Origin: Macrostomum lignano
Lineage: Eukaryota
NCBI GenBank assembly: GCA_002269645.1
Contig: NIVC01002996.1
Coordinates: 1 to 64,000 of the forward strand
Direction: 5' to 3'
Length of the DNA stretch: 64,000 nucleotides
The position numbers were made by a program, and so were the translations under genes. The notes beneath the pieces are model-generated. The model made no database searches, was not told the DNA's origin, and was given only the letters and a program-made list of their open reading frames with translations. This document shows positions 25,501-35,800 of the stretch, in pieces. Within the stretch, counting starts at the first letter, position 1. Each line of letters starts with the position of its first letter.

Positions 25501-26609
25501 AGGATCGAGTTCGTTTCTTAGGATTCGTCGTCTCCTCCCAGGGCATAGAAGCAGATCCGACTAAGATCGACGCTGTTAGAAACTGGTGCAAGCCAACAGA
25601 CAAGAGGCAATTACTAGCTTTTCTTGGATTCGCGAATTACTACAGGAAATTTGTAGCTCGATTTTCTGTAATCGCATCTCCTCTGTATTCGTTGGCCAAA
25701 GGGTCATCAAAATTCTGCTGGCTCGAACATCACGACAGAGCATTTGAAGAGTTGAAGGCCAATTTATGTGCTCCTCCAGTTCTAGCATATCCTGACCTCA
25801 AGCCGTCAGCTGGGCCCTTCATCTTGGACTGTGACTCCTCGCTCGAAGGAGTTGGCGGAGTATTGTCACAAGAAGGCCCAGATGGACAAGAGCACGTTGT
25901 GGCGTACGCGTCCAAGAAATTCACGCACTCCCAGCGGAACTATTGTGCTACTATGCGCGAACTACTTGGCTTGGTCATTATGTTAGAACACTTCAGAACG
26001 TACCTCTTGGACCGCAGTTTTCTGGTGCGTTCCGATGCAGCAGCCTTGCAGTGGCTGCACACCAAAAAACATAGCACGGGCATGCTAGCTCAGTGGCTGG
26101 CAACCATTGACGTCTACAACTTTAAGGTATGTCAGACACCACTGGAACGACTTGCGGAGTATGACTTCTCAGTGGAGCATCGTCCTGGCCGTGATCATGT
26201 TAACGCGGATATGCTCAGCCGCAACCCCAGGTTTAGGTCAGATCACCATGACTGCCCAACGTGCAGCAAAATCCCTGCTTTTCAAGACAAATTTAGGAAG
26301 TTGGAGGAGCAAAGGTGCCAGGACGAGGATGAGGATACAGACAGCATGCCCGCTGTGCAGCTGAGAACAGCACAAATAGACGCTTGCTGCCAGACGGAGC
26401 CCCACCAATCAAACCAAGAGCCGAAGTATCCTTCCGAGATTTTGACCAGCCATGAAGGGTCGGATGAGGTCAGAAGCCATCGGTCCTTAGCTTGCCTTCG
26501 ACAGCCCAGGAACCGGACCCGGAGGGAGAAACATCTGAGGATGAGATGTCAGAAAACTCCGAGAATCTATGGGCTAGAGAAGCTCAAGAATCTAGCACAG
26601 ATCTCGTGA
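22578..26609 (+). CDS. Gag-Pol polyprotein: Gag, CCHC knuckle, cold-shock domain, aspartic protease, dUTPase-like relic, RT, RNase H
   Basis: CNRCSDHDHLTADC (23604-23645); GTITVWKGGFGFI..SLFCHYS (CSD); CLDSG; WASPIVLVRKKDG.RLCIDYR; LDLTSAYWQV; YLDDIII; ILDCDSS...YASKK...RELLGLV...NADMLSR. Confidence 0.95.
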   Translation: MSSSNEESDEALSPNRAAGQGQQVLQLQTESSTSTQPEAGASSQQAAQVGDTSRDAKPPHGMAEQSDLSKVLQTLTMILEKTCDREASAAAEKLSNSSPKLRPPPPFQPQMNFELWETQFLTYVEAHHVPTPQQPAVLLSMLAPECQEFIFNNSLHRESIQTALKSLKDRFTDSGTEHKSYLELAVAEQLNSETTQEFFDRLTRLSKSANLKKPTAEPLVRARFCYGLRDKGLAERLILLGQENPTWSAEDLAKKAREIAGVKKLLSSEVTPVIRAAAPDRTAELEARIRELEKLVQQNQTTQSSDHNSKDFQNFPSQVPPVNLGQSGQYKNSSRWSKSPKRCNRCSDHDHLTADCPKPPPSNGVGAGGRPTGMAPMMEIGTITVWKGGFGFIQPSQMPDSLFCHYSSLDNELKQVANSHQLVGTTVQFLRRADPGHKHDRAVGVCRYQMPVRCDQSWAADTPVESSMFVQLGIGDNKVIACLDSGCNASVMGTKVRDQLIANDPINNTFIPARKYQAATAFNGTSTQILGTLHCEVKLGKISQTHVFLVTEGQVTDVLLGIDFMRGFNVNLLVADGQVTVAGEVVPVIEGDRGVFQARRVTAACNVQLPPRSETMVPSRVIGADPGSPGFLGTKLFCSDSEFFVAHSVDSVSSTGHVLVRLLNSGNQPSEIAAGQEIASFQSLRVGETISHTALTEKDFSVSSSKDLGTKLARLPDPDLGTASWLKKQFKLEESTLSETQLTITLKLLNYFLSAISKSDTDLGKTHLHEMAIELNEPTCRPISQPSRRTTPAQKEFLDRHINQLIEQGVIEESNSEWASPIVLVRKKDGSQRLCIDYRSVNKVIKPCTFPLPLIEESFDSLAGSKVFSSLDLTSAYWQVGIREQDRDLTAFTCPQGTYRWKVVPFGIKTAPANFAKLMHKVFRPLLMRVSLIYLDDIIIKARDNDEMIVHLALVLWQLKKANLKIKPSKCELFKDRVRFLGFVVSSQGIEADPTKIDAVRNWCKPTDKRQLLAFLGFANYYRKFVARFSVIASPLYSLAKGSSKFCWLEHHDRAFEELKANLCAPPVLAYPDLKPSAGPFILDCDSSLEGVGGVLSQEGPDGQEHVVAYASKKFTHSQRNYCATMRELLGLVIMLEHFRTYLLDRSFLVRSDAAALQWLHTKKHSTGMLAQWLATIDVYNFKVCQTPLERLAEYDFSVEHRPGRDHVNADMLSRNPRFRSDHHDCPTCSKIPAFQDKFRKLEEQRCQDEDEDTDSMPAVQLRTAQIDACCQTEPHQSNQEPKYPSEILTSHEGSDEVRSHRSLACLRQPRNRTRREKHLRMRCQKTPRIYGLEKLKNLAQIS

Positions 26610-29020
26610 GATTGATTGAGGCCGTTGAAGGGAAATCTCCAAGACTAACTAAGGTTGAAGTCCAGGACTGCAGTCGTGAAATTCGAACGCTTTGGGCCAT
26701 GTTTGACGAACTCGAGGTTGTAAATGGCCTTCTGACTCGCGTCAAACCCGCTAAGCAGGGCCAAGTCAGTCAGCGACTCATAATCATACCAGAGACAGCA
26801 GATGTTGATGAGCTAGTTTCCTGCTATCACAGAGACATTAATCACTGCGGAATCAACAAAACAGTCCGGGCCTTAAAACAAAGGTTCCAAATCACAAACC
26901 TCGAAGTATTCGTGAAGGGAATCATTGCTGAATGCGAGGTATGCTGCCGCACTAAGAAGAACAAACGGAAGAATAAAGAACCATTAGAACCAATTTTATC
27001 AGGCTATCCAAATCAAATTGTGCACGTTGACCACGCAGGGCCTTTCCCAGAGCAGGAGGGCAACCGTTACTTGCTGGTGCTAGTAGATAACTTTTCTGGG
27101 TATGTAGAGATCGTGCCTGTTCCAGACGTCTCGGCCGCAACTACCGCCACAGTTATACTAACCGAGTGGATAGTTCGATATGGCACTATGGAGAAACTTG
27201 TTTCGGATAATGGCACGGCCTTCATAAATAAAACGGTAGCGGAGCTCACCAGACTACTTGAAATAGACATGGCACGTATCACCGCACACAGGCCGCAATC
27301 AAACGGTAAAGCGGAAAGGACCATACAATCAATCAAAGCGCAGATTCGTGCAATTTGCCTTGAAAAAAGAGTCAATTGGGTCTATGCAGCTCGTTTGGCC
27401 GGTCTTTCAATCCGGACGACTGTGGCCGAATCCACAGGCTGGACCCCAGCCAGGCTATTTTTCGGTCGGGAACTTGTGCTGCCTCTAGACCTGCTGTTCA
27501 ACCCGCCAAGGCACGACAGGTATGATCCAGACTGTTATGCACACAAGCTGCACAAACTATTGGTGGAGGTATCGGCGATCGCCCGCATGGAGCGAGGTAA
27601 GGCCCAACAGAGGCAAAAGCGGAATTATGATCGTAATACCATTCACTCCAACTTCGAAATCGGAGAACTGGTGTGGGTACTCAACCCCGACCATCGGGGA
27701 TTAGACTCAGCCGTCTGGTTAGGGCCATACAAAGTAGTTCAAAAGGTTTCTGAGCGAAACTACCGCCTCATTCCCGAATTCGCTCGCATCAATCCAATCT
27801 GCCAAACACCAAATCCGAGTCATAACATCTACAACGTAGACCGAATGAAGCGGTGTATCCGCAAGCAAACGTACCAAGATATCGCCGACCGGTTCGAACT
27901 CAGGGTCCCAGCTCTGATTCCACCTTCGAGATTAGGCCAACTGGATGATCAATCCGAGTCTCGCAGTGACTCCTGGGGTTCATCGGCCACTACCTGCAGT
28001 GAGCCGGAACCAGAAGCTGAAGTTCCCAACACACAGGATGACGAAGCGCCTGATCCACCGCACACATCAGCGCCTGATCCACCACACATACCAGCGCCTG
28101 ATCCACCGCGCACATTAGCGCCTGATCCACCGCACACATCAGCGCCTGATCCACCGCACACATCAGCGCCTGATCCACCGAACACATCAGCGCCTGATCC
28201 ACCACACACACCAGCGCCTGATCCACCGCATCCACCAGCGCCTGGTCCACCGCACACATCAGCGCCTGATCCACCGCGCACATTAGCGCCTGATCCACCG
28301 CACACATCAGCGCCTGATCCACCGCACACATCAGCGCCTGATCCACCGAACACATCAGCGCCTGATCCACCGCGCACATCAGCGCCTGATCCACCGCATC
28401 CACCAGCGCCTGGTCCACCGCATCCACCAGCGCCTGGTCCACCGCACACATCAGCGCCTGATCCACCGCGCACATTAGCGCCTGATCCACCGCACACATC
28501 AGCGCCTGATCCACCGCACACATCAGCGCCTGATCCACCGAACACATCAGCGCCTGATCCACCGCGCACAGTAGCGCCTGATTTTCTGTGCACATCGTCG
28601 CCTGATCGTTTAGCACGAAACCAGTCGCCAAGCTTGCCTAGCGCTTTCGTAGAAGTGGCAGACTCGGGGAATCTGCAACAGGATTACCAGGTACCTGAAA
28701 TTGGTGCAGAAGTGGAAGTACCGCAGAACAACACAGAAGAACAGCTGCCAGAATCTCGAGTCCATGAAAGCAGCACTACCATGCCTGCAATGGACGGCTT
28801 GCGTCCAGAAAGTCCGACGAGTGGCAGCCATTGTATTCAAGAGACACCACCAGCGCAAGATACCGTGGATAGTGATAAAGTGGAAGCATTTCCAGCTGGT
28901 CCAGTCACTACGTCGATTACGACGACCCGTTCCGGCCGTCTGGTGCGTAAGCCTCAGCGTTTCTTGAACACTATAGTGCGTCTGTGTTCGAGGAACGGAC
29001 ATTTAAGCAACAGCGCCTAG
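26468..29020 (+). CDS. Integrase (separate frame, -1 relative to gag-pol) with Pro-rich repeat tail
   Basis: HHCC (YHRDINHCG...CEVC), D-D-E (VHVDHAGP, LVSDNG, SNGKAER), GPY, and terminal TRSGRLVRKPQRF. The frame is open from 26468. Confidence 0.92.
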   Translation, partial: GQKPSVLSLPSTAQEPDPEGETSEDEMSENSENLWAREAQESSTDLVRLIEAVEGKSPRLTKVEVQDCSREIRTLWAMFDELEVVNGLLTRVKPAKQGQVSQRLIIIPETADVDELVSCYHRDINHCGINKTVRALKQRFQITNLEVFVKGIIAECEVCCRTKKNKRKNKEPLEPILSGYPNQIVHVDHAGPFPEQEGNRYLLVLVDNFSGYVEIVPVPDVSAATTATVILTEWIVRYGTMEKLVSDNGTAFINKTVAELTRLLEIDMARITAHRPQSNGKAERTIQSIKAQIRAICLEKRVNWVYAARLAGLSIRTTVAESTGWTPARLFFGRELVLPLDLLFNPPRHDRYDPDCYAHKLHKLLVEVSAIARMERGKAQQRQKRNYDRNTIHSNFEIGELVWVLNPDHRGLDSAVWLGPYKVVQKVSERNYRLIPEFARINPICQTPNPSHNIYNVDRMKRCIRKQTYQDIADRFELRVPALIPPSRLGQLDDQSESRSDSWGSSATTCSEPEPEAEVPNTQDDEAPDPPHTSAPDPPHIPAPDPPRTLAPDPPHTSAPDPPHTSAPDPPNTSAPDPPHTPAPDPPHPPAPGPPHTSAPDPPRTLAPDPPHTSAPDPPHTSAPDPPNTSAPDPPRTSAPDPPHPPAPGPPHPPAPGPPHTSAPDPPRTLAPDPPHTSAPDPPHTSAPDPPNTSAPDPPRTVAPDFLCTSSPDRLARNQSPSLPSAFVEVADSGNLQQDYQVPEIGAEVEVPQNNTEEQLPESRVHESSTTMPAMDGLRPESPTSGSHCIQETPPAQDTVDSDKVEAFPAGPVTTSITTTRSGRLVRKPQRFLNTIVRLCSRNGHLSNSA
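28040..28590 (+). repeat. 24-bp coding repeat (APDPPHTS)n in the integrase tail
   Basis: In-frame tandem gcgcctgatccaccgcacacatca. Confidence 0.95.
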
Positions 29021-29384
29021 CGTTTAACCTTAATGGGGCTTACTTGGGGTCATTGCTCACTACTAATGATTTGTAACTGACAAAAAAACTTTTAAAAAAT
29101 CCAAAAATATTGAAATGGAAATATTCGAATACGACATTGCAGCAGTCGTTAAAGTAACCATGAAAAGGTAAATTTGAGTTTTCAGTTTTCAGTGCTGGTG
29201 GTCTGCTTTGGTTTTCACACATATCGTTTGCCTTGGCTGTGTTGCGGGCTATCGTTGCTGCAACGCTCTAAGCCTGGTGTGAAACTTTCCTAGCTTTCTT
29301 GTGCCTTTCCACCTTAGGTTTTTTTCTTTCGTCTTTGGGGGGGGGGTTCTGCAGTTGTAGTTATTAGGGGGGGGGGATCGGTCT

Positions 29385-30130
29385 CCTGCCAGCCACCATC
29401 GGCCTCCTGTCGGCTACCATCGGCTTCCTGCTGGCTACCATCGGCCTCCTGCTGGCTACCATCGGCCTCCTGCCGACTACCATCGGCCTCCTGCCGGCTA
29501 CCATCGGCCTCCTGCCGGCTACCATCGGCCTCCTGCCGGCTACCATCGGCCTCCTGCCGGCCACCATCGGCCTCCTGCCGGCTACCATCGGCCTGCTCCT
29601 GCCGGCTACCATCGGCCTGCTCCTGCCGGCTACCATCGGCCTCCTGCTGGCTACCATCGGCCTCCTGCCGGCTACCATCGGCCTCCTGCCGGCTACCATC
29701 GGCCTGCTCCTGCCGGCTACCATCGGCCTGCTCCTGCCGGCTACCATCGGCCTGCTCCTGCCGGCTACCATCGGCCTGCTCCTGCCGGCTACCATCGGCC
29801 TCCTGCTGGCTACCATCGGCCTCCTGCCGGCTACCATCGGCCTCCTGCCGGCTACCATCGGCCTCCTGCCGGCTACCATCGGCCTGCTCCTGCCGGCTAC
29901 CATCGGCCTGCTCACGCCGGCTACCATCGGCCTCCTGCCGGCTACCATCGGCCTGCTCCTGCCGGCTACCATTGGACTCCTGCTGGCTACCATCGGCCTC
30001 CTGCCGGCTACCATCGGCCTCCTGACGGCTACCATCGGCCTCCTGCCGGCCACCATCGGCCTGCTCCTGCCGGCTACCATCGGCCTGCTCCTGCCGGCTA
30101 CCATCGGCCTAATGCCGGCTGCCATCGGCC
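29385..30130. repeat. 21/24-bp minisatellite (ggctaccatcggcct[gct]cctgcc) in the Gypsy 3' untranslated region
   Basis: Tandem copies inside the element, before the PPT. Confidence 0.95.
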
Positions 30131-30402
30131 TCCTTTGGCGTTTCGTTCGCTCGTATGTCTTAATCCACTTTTGATTCCTTCTGACCGTTTGTCTCTCAAT
30201 TAATTTTTCGCGAATATACAATAGTTATATTACTGAATTTTATATCGTTACTTATTGCTTAATCGATCGTCTACTGCTTTTATTCCCAACCAATATTTGT
30301 GGAGTTCGAGTGCGCTCAAATAACAACTTTCGTTGACATTTTATTACATTTTAAGCCCTGTTATTTTCGAATTCATAAGATCGCCAGGCCGTTCCCTAAT
30401 TT

Positions 30403-30419
30403 TTGCGGAAAGGGGCGGA
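30403..30419 (+). promoter_or_regulatory. Polypurine tract
   Basis: gcggaaaggggcgga immediately 5' of the 3' LTR. Confidence 0.75.
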
Positions 30420-30871
30420 TGTAACGTCGTCGCTTCTGTATTGAAAATGTTCAATTTCGTATTTATGGTTTTTGCAATTAATATTTAAAACTATATCTAT
30501 TTTGGTCTAATGTTTGTAACTATTTTTTTAGTTACTTTCCCCATTTGGTTTAATTTTGTTTTTCTATTTTCAATTAGTGCAGTTATTCAAATTTTGCTTC
30601 TTGATAGTTTTTGTGTAGTGTCCTGCGCTCTGTGTGTTGGTCTTAGTTCCCGTAGGCTGGGTGGCATTAGCATTATATTATCGTCTCAGATTACCCTTTG
30701 GTAAATAGTTGGCATTGCCATACTGCTTCTGACCTACTCACCATTATTCAGACTAGCAATTGAGTTGTTAAATTAATAATACGTATATTGGCCTAGGACA
30801 AGATCAACACTCAGACTCAGCACGCGCACGCGCATCAGTCCCATGTTCTCGAACTAAATAAACTCGTCACA
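30420..30871 (+). repeat. 3' LTR (452 bp)
   Basis: Direct repeat of 21485-21936, followed by TSD caat. Confidence 0.98.
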
Positions 30872-31112
30872 CAATGAAAAGTCTATAATTTAAAATTTAA
30901 AATAGCTGCTCAAGTTGAATTGCTTTTAAAAATTAATTCAACTGCCTACAGTAAAACAACAACTTAGGTCACTTCTTTTAAGCCAGTGTAGGACAAATAG
31001 CACATAATCAATGTAAAAAGCACTTTTCTACAAAATAATATTTTCGAACCTTCACAGCGTCAGTGAGTGCGCAGTGCGTTATTGCGCTAAGCCAAGGAGT
31101 ACTTAAAAGTAG

Positions 31113-31811
31113 CAAGGACGACTTAAGTAGAAGGACGGGAAACCTCGTTTCTAAGAAAAGTTTTGAAGGCACTTTTTCCCGAAAAAATACACTACGGAGA
31201 TAGGAAGTTTTCATTTTTTCAGCACAAAAATTGTTATTGCGTTTGATAGGAGGCAGATCCAGTGTTCATCTTTTGATATGTTGTGCCTTTTTTATTGCTC
31301 TATCGATATTTATAAAGCTTTTCGTTCAGAAAATTAGGATTCTATGTTAATTCTTTATTCTACGTATATTTCCTGTATCTAAAAATCACAAAAATGCATG
31401 ACACAGCTCCAATATTTGGTTTTATGAACCTATTTTATCATCTCTGTTACAAATATTTGCTACACAGTCGGGTAAGAATGATAAAAAAAGACTCATGAAG
31501 CTAAAGAGCCGAGCCGTGGCATTCTAATGTATTTCAAGCACAAGACACGCGAAAATATACGTAGAATAAAAAATTAACATAGAATCCTAATTTTCTGAAT
31601 GAAAAGCTTTATAAATATCGATAGAGCAATAAAAAAGGCACAACATATCAAAAGATGAACACTGGATCTGCCTCCTATCAAACGCAATAACAATTTTTGT
31701 GCTGAAAAAATGAAAACTTCCTATCTCCGTAGTGTATTTTTTCGGGAAAAAGTGCCTTCAAAACTTTTCTAAGAAACGAGGTTTCCCGTCCTTCTACTTA
31801 AGTCGTCCTTG
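31113..31811. mobile_element. Foldback/MITE with ~255-bp near-perfect inverted arms
   Basis: caaggacgacttaag...cttaagtcgtccttg. Arms ~31113-31370 and ~31553-31811. Flanks aaaagtag/ataagtag form an 8-bp TSD with 1 mismatch, compatible with hAT or P superfamilies. Confidence 0.88.
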
Positions 31812-32892
31812 ATAAGTAGTCCTTGAAAGCAGCTGAAGCACCACACGCCAGGACTTAACTCATAACGTATAGTGCAACTGGGCAAGTGCATCTGGCTGTG
31901 CCTGTGGTAATTGATGGTTATTACTTATTGGACCTGGGCCTAGGGGCTGTGGCTAGCCCAGCTGTGGCCTAAACTAGGCCTAAACCCATTTATCTAAATA
32001 ATATGACTTAGTCTTCTTACATATGGGCTTAATCTACTTTCTACCTTAGCTTGGCCAGCCGAGGGGCATATTAGGCTAATATAATCTTAAATATTAGGCC
32101 TAGCTATTATTTGCTGCTGCTGGCATTAAGTTTAGTAGGCCCTATTTATTTAGTCTCGAACAATTATTAAAATGAGGATCATATTCATATAATAGAATAG
32201 AAAGTAGGCCTAGGCATACTACTGGCCTAATATTAATAATAGTGTGCCTGGCATATATCTTATCAGATTAGAATTATGAAAAATAAAACTTTTAATTATA
32301 GACCATAGTCATGGACCTAGTAACTAATGCTAGGTCTAAAGCCAAGGTTAGATAGGATTAAATTTTAGTATTTAGGCCTAGCCTAGCCTAGCCTTAAGTC
32401 TAAAGGATTTTAGGTCTAGTCTAGGATAGGTTGTAGGATTGGGATCTTATCCTGATTCCTACCTTGGTCTATGTCTAAACTCTATTCTAGGTCTGATTAG
32501 GCTTAAAATAAATACATTTTATCTTTCTTAAAGTTGAATTTGGATTGGTATAGGCCTAAAATAACTAGGCCCTAGACTAAAGTCAAGAGCATTTTTATTA
32601 GTAAATTCAATAATGTTTAATGTTTATTTTATTACTTAGCCTTAAACCTACTCTAATGTTAATAAATTATAACTTTAGAATTAGAAATTAGGAAGTAGAA
32701 GGAATAAAAGAATAAAATTATATATAATATATTTAGTTTTAAAATTATATATAAATTGAAATACTATAATAGGTAATATAATTTAATAAGTTTAATAATA
32801 TATTATATTTTTTAGTTTTTTTCTTTTTTTTCATATAGCTAGGGTCTAGTTTTAAGTTTATTAAAACAAAAACTATTTATTTATGCATCAAA

Positions 32893-35800
32893 ATGAATAA
32901 GAAGAAACGCCAGTCAATGGTCCTTTCTGATTCTGGTATGCCTAAACATAACAATTATATTCTATCATATTATGCTTTTAAATCATGCAGAGATATTTTT
33001 ATTTTAAATCTTTGTTAACTTAATTTTTGTAGATTCAGAATCGGAGAACTCAAGCCACAGGCAGGCTAAAAACTCAGAAAAAGCTTCAACCAGAGCCAAG
33101 CCATCTAGGAAGAAGCAGAAACAGCACCCTGAAACCATTTTTGTTGAGTCTGGTAAGACAGTTGGATTTGCTAAAATCAATCATGAAGCTAGAACCATTA
33201 ATCAACTTGCTAGAATCATTATCACTCACATCACTAGAATAATCAATAACATCACTTGAATCACCAGTCACTGCTAGAATCATCAATCACATCGCTAGAA
33301 TCATCAATCACATCGCTAGAATCATCAATCACATCGCTAGAATCATCAATCACATCGCTAGAATCATCAATCACATCACTAGAATCATCAATCACATCGC
33401 TAGAATCATCAATCACACCGCTAGAATCATCAATCACATCGCTAGAATCATCAATCACATCGCTAGAATCATCAGTCACATCGCTAGAATCATCAATAAC
33501 ATCGCTAGAATCATCAATCACACCGCTAGAATCATCAATCACATCGCTAGAATCATCAATCACACCGCTAGAATCATCAGTCACATCGCTAGAATCATCA
33601 ATCATATCGCTAGAATCATCAATCACATCGCTAGAATCATCAATCACATCGCTAGAATCATCAATCACACCGCTAGAATCATCAATCACATCGCTAGAAT
33701 CATCAGTCACATCGCTAGAATCATCAATCACATCGCTAGAATCATCAATCACACCGCTAGAATCATCAGTCACATCGCTAGAATCATCAATCATATCGCT
33801 AGAATCATCAATCACATCGCTAGAATCATCAATCACATCGCTAGAATCATCAATCACACCGCTAGAATCATCAATCACATCGCTAGAATCATCAATCACA
33901 TCGCTAGAATCATCAATCACATCGCTAGAATCATCAATCACACCGCTAGAATCATCAGTCACATCGCTAGAATCATCAATAACATCGCTAGAATCATCAA
34001 TCATATCGCTAGAATCATCAATCACATCGCTAGAATCATCAATCACATCGCTAGAATCATCAATCACATCGCTAGAATCATCAATCACATCACTAGAATC
34101 ATCAATCACATCGCTAGAATCATCAATCACACCGCTAGAATCATCAATCACACCGCTAGAATCATCAGTCACATCGCTAGAATCATCAATAACATCGCTA
34201 GAATCATCAATCATATCGCTAGAATCATCAATCACATCGCTAGAATCATCAATCACACCGCTAGAATCATCAATCACATCGCTAGAATCATCAATCACAC
34301 CGCTAGAATCATTAATAACATCGATAGAATCATCAATCACATCGCTAGAATCATCAATAACATCGATAGAATCATCAATCACATCGCTAGAATCATCAAT
34401 CACACCGCTAGAATCATCAATCACATCGCTAGAATCATCGTCAAAACGCTGTTTCCCCATTGCGCCGCTTCCAGACGGCGAGGCCTCGCCGCCGCAGTCG
34501 CCCAGCAAGCGGCAAGGCAAGGCGGCCGGCGGTGCCAATAAGCAGGCCGGCTCATCCTCGGGCAAGAAGTCGGCGGCGGCTACAAAGAGTCCGAAGGCTG
34601 GCGGGCCGCCTGCGCAGAAGAACACTCTGGATAATTACTTCAGCAGGCTTGGAGGCGCTGCCGGTAATTCAGCCAAGCCAAGTGGCAGCGTTAGCGGCGG
34701 CGGCAGCAGCGCAGCTTCAGCCTCATCGGAGCGCGTGACAAAGAAGGTCAATCCGGCTGATTTTTTCACCAGCCCGCCAGCCAGCAGCTTGGCGCGCCAG
34801 AGTCCGACTGTTCAGTCTAAAAAAGCGTCTGTGAGTCCCTTGGAATTTCTGCCAGCAACTTCTGCATAGGGCTTTCTTTTTTCCCCGTGTGACTAATAAG
34901 ATGTGTGACTAATTCATCAAGCGATGCAAATGCGCTTCAAACACAACTACAGTGACTCTAGCGCCTTAAATACGACGACTCTTTATACCGTCACCCCAGA
35001 GTCGCTGACAATAAAACGCTTCAAAGTGACTCTTAGGCAACTTTTTGGTAACGATCTCGTCGTTTTACAGTCACTTCTTTCTTATTTTACATGTTATCTG
35101 CAACGACTCATTCATCCATTGTTTGGATCCGGCCCTTGACCCATTAGATTCCTCTTGACTCTAATGAGATCCTCTTGACCCATGAGATCGTCCTCGATCC
35201 CCCTTGGCTCATGGGATTGTCCTTGACCTACCTGATCCCCCTTGACTCACGGGATCGTCCTTGACCTCCCTTGACTCATGGGATTGTCCTTGACCTACCT
35301 GATCCCCCTTGACCTCCCTTGACTCATGGGATTGTCCTTGACCTACCTGATCCCCCTTGACTCACGGGATCGTCCTTGACCTCCCTTGACTCATGGGATT
35401 GTCCTTGACCTACCTGATCCCCCTTGACTCACGGGATCGTCCTTGACCTCCCTTGACTCATGGGATTGTCCTTGACCTACCTGATCCCCTTGACTCACGG
35501 GATCGTCCTTGACCTCCCTTGACTCATGGATTGTCCTTGACCTACCTGATCCCGCTTGACTCATGGAATCGTCCTTGACTCATTGACTCAAACTCACTTC
35601 TTGACTCAGACAGCGGCTTTGGGATTCAGGCTCTGAAGTGTCAAACTTTTGTGCATCGCAAATTCCCCTCCCCTGCAGACTGCTTACGCGGAAGACCCCG
35701 ACATCATCGAGGCGTCGTTTGTTGCTTCGCCGCCGCGGTCAGCGCGGAAATCGTCAGCATCCACCGCGGCGTCCTCGTCCGATTCTAGAGCGAAGCCCGG

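Larger units (their letters stand above)
21485..30871 (+). mobile_element. Full-length Ty3/Gypsy LTR retrotransposon
   Basis: Two 452-bp LTRs (TGT...ACA) at 21485-21936 and 30420-30871, with no differences seen by eye. 4-bp TSD CAAT at 21481-21484 and 30872-30875. PBS, PPT, and gag-PR-RT-RH-IN order. Confidence 0.98.

Noticed and set aside
26127-26510. Splicing from the GTATGT donor as a fix for the RH/IN frame break
   Set aside because: The nearest acceptor (26172) gives the wrong frame, and the in-frame one (26509) would delete the conserved RNase H C-terminus.
29364-30221. Antisense basic ORF (RPMVAGR)n in the Gypsy 3' region as an accessory gene
   Set aside because: It starts at TTG, not ATG, and is almost entirely minisatellite translation.
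33256-34440. (LESSITS)n ORF fused to RFC1 exon 3
   Set aside because: The repeat lies between a GT donor (33153) and an AG acceptor (34474) with matching phase, so it is intronic.
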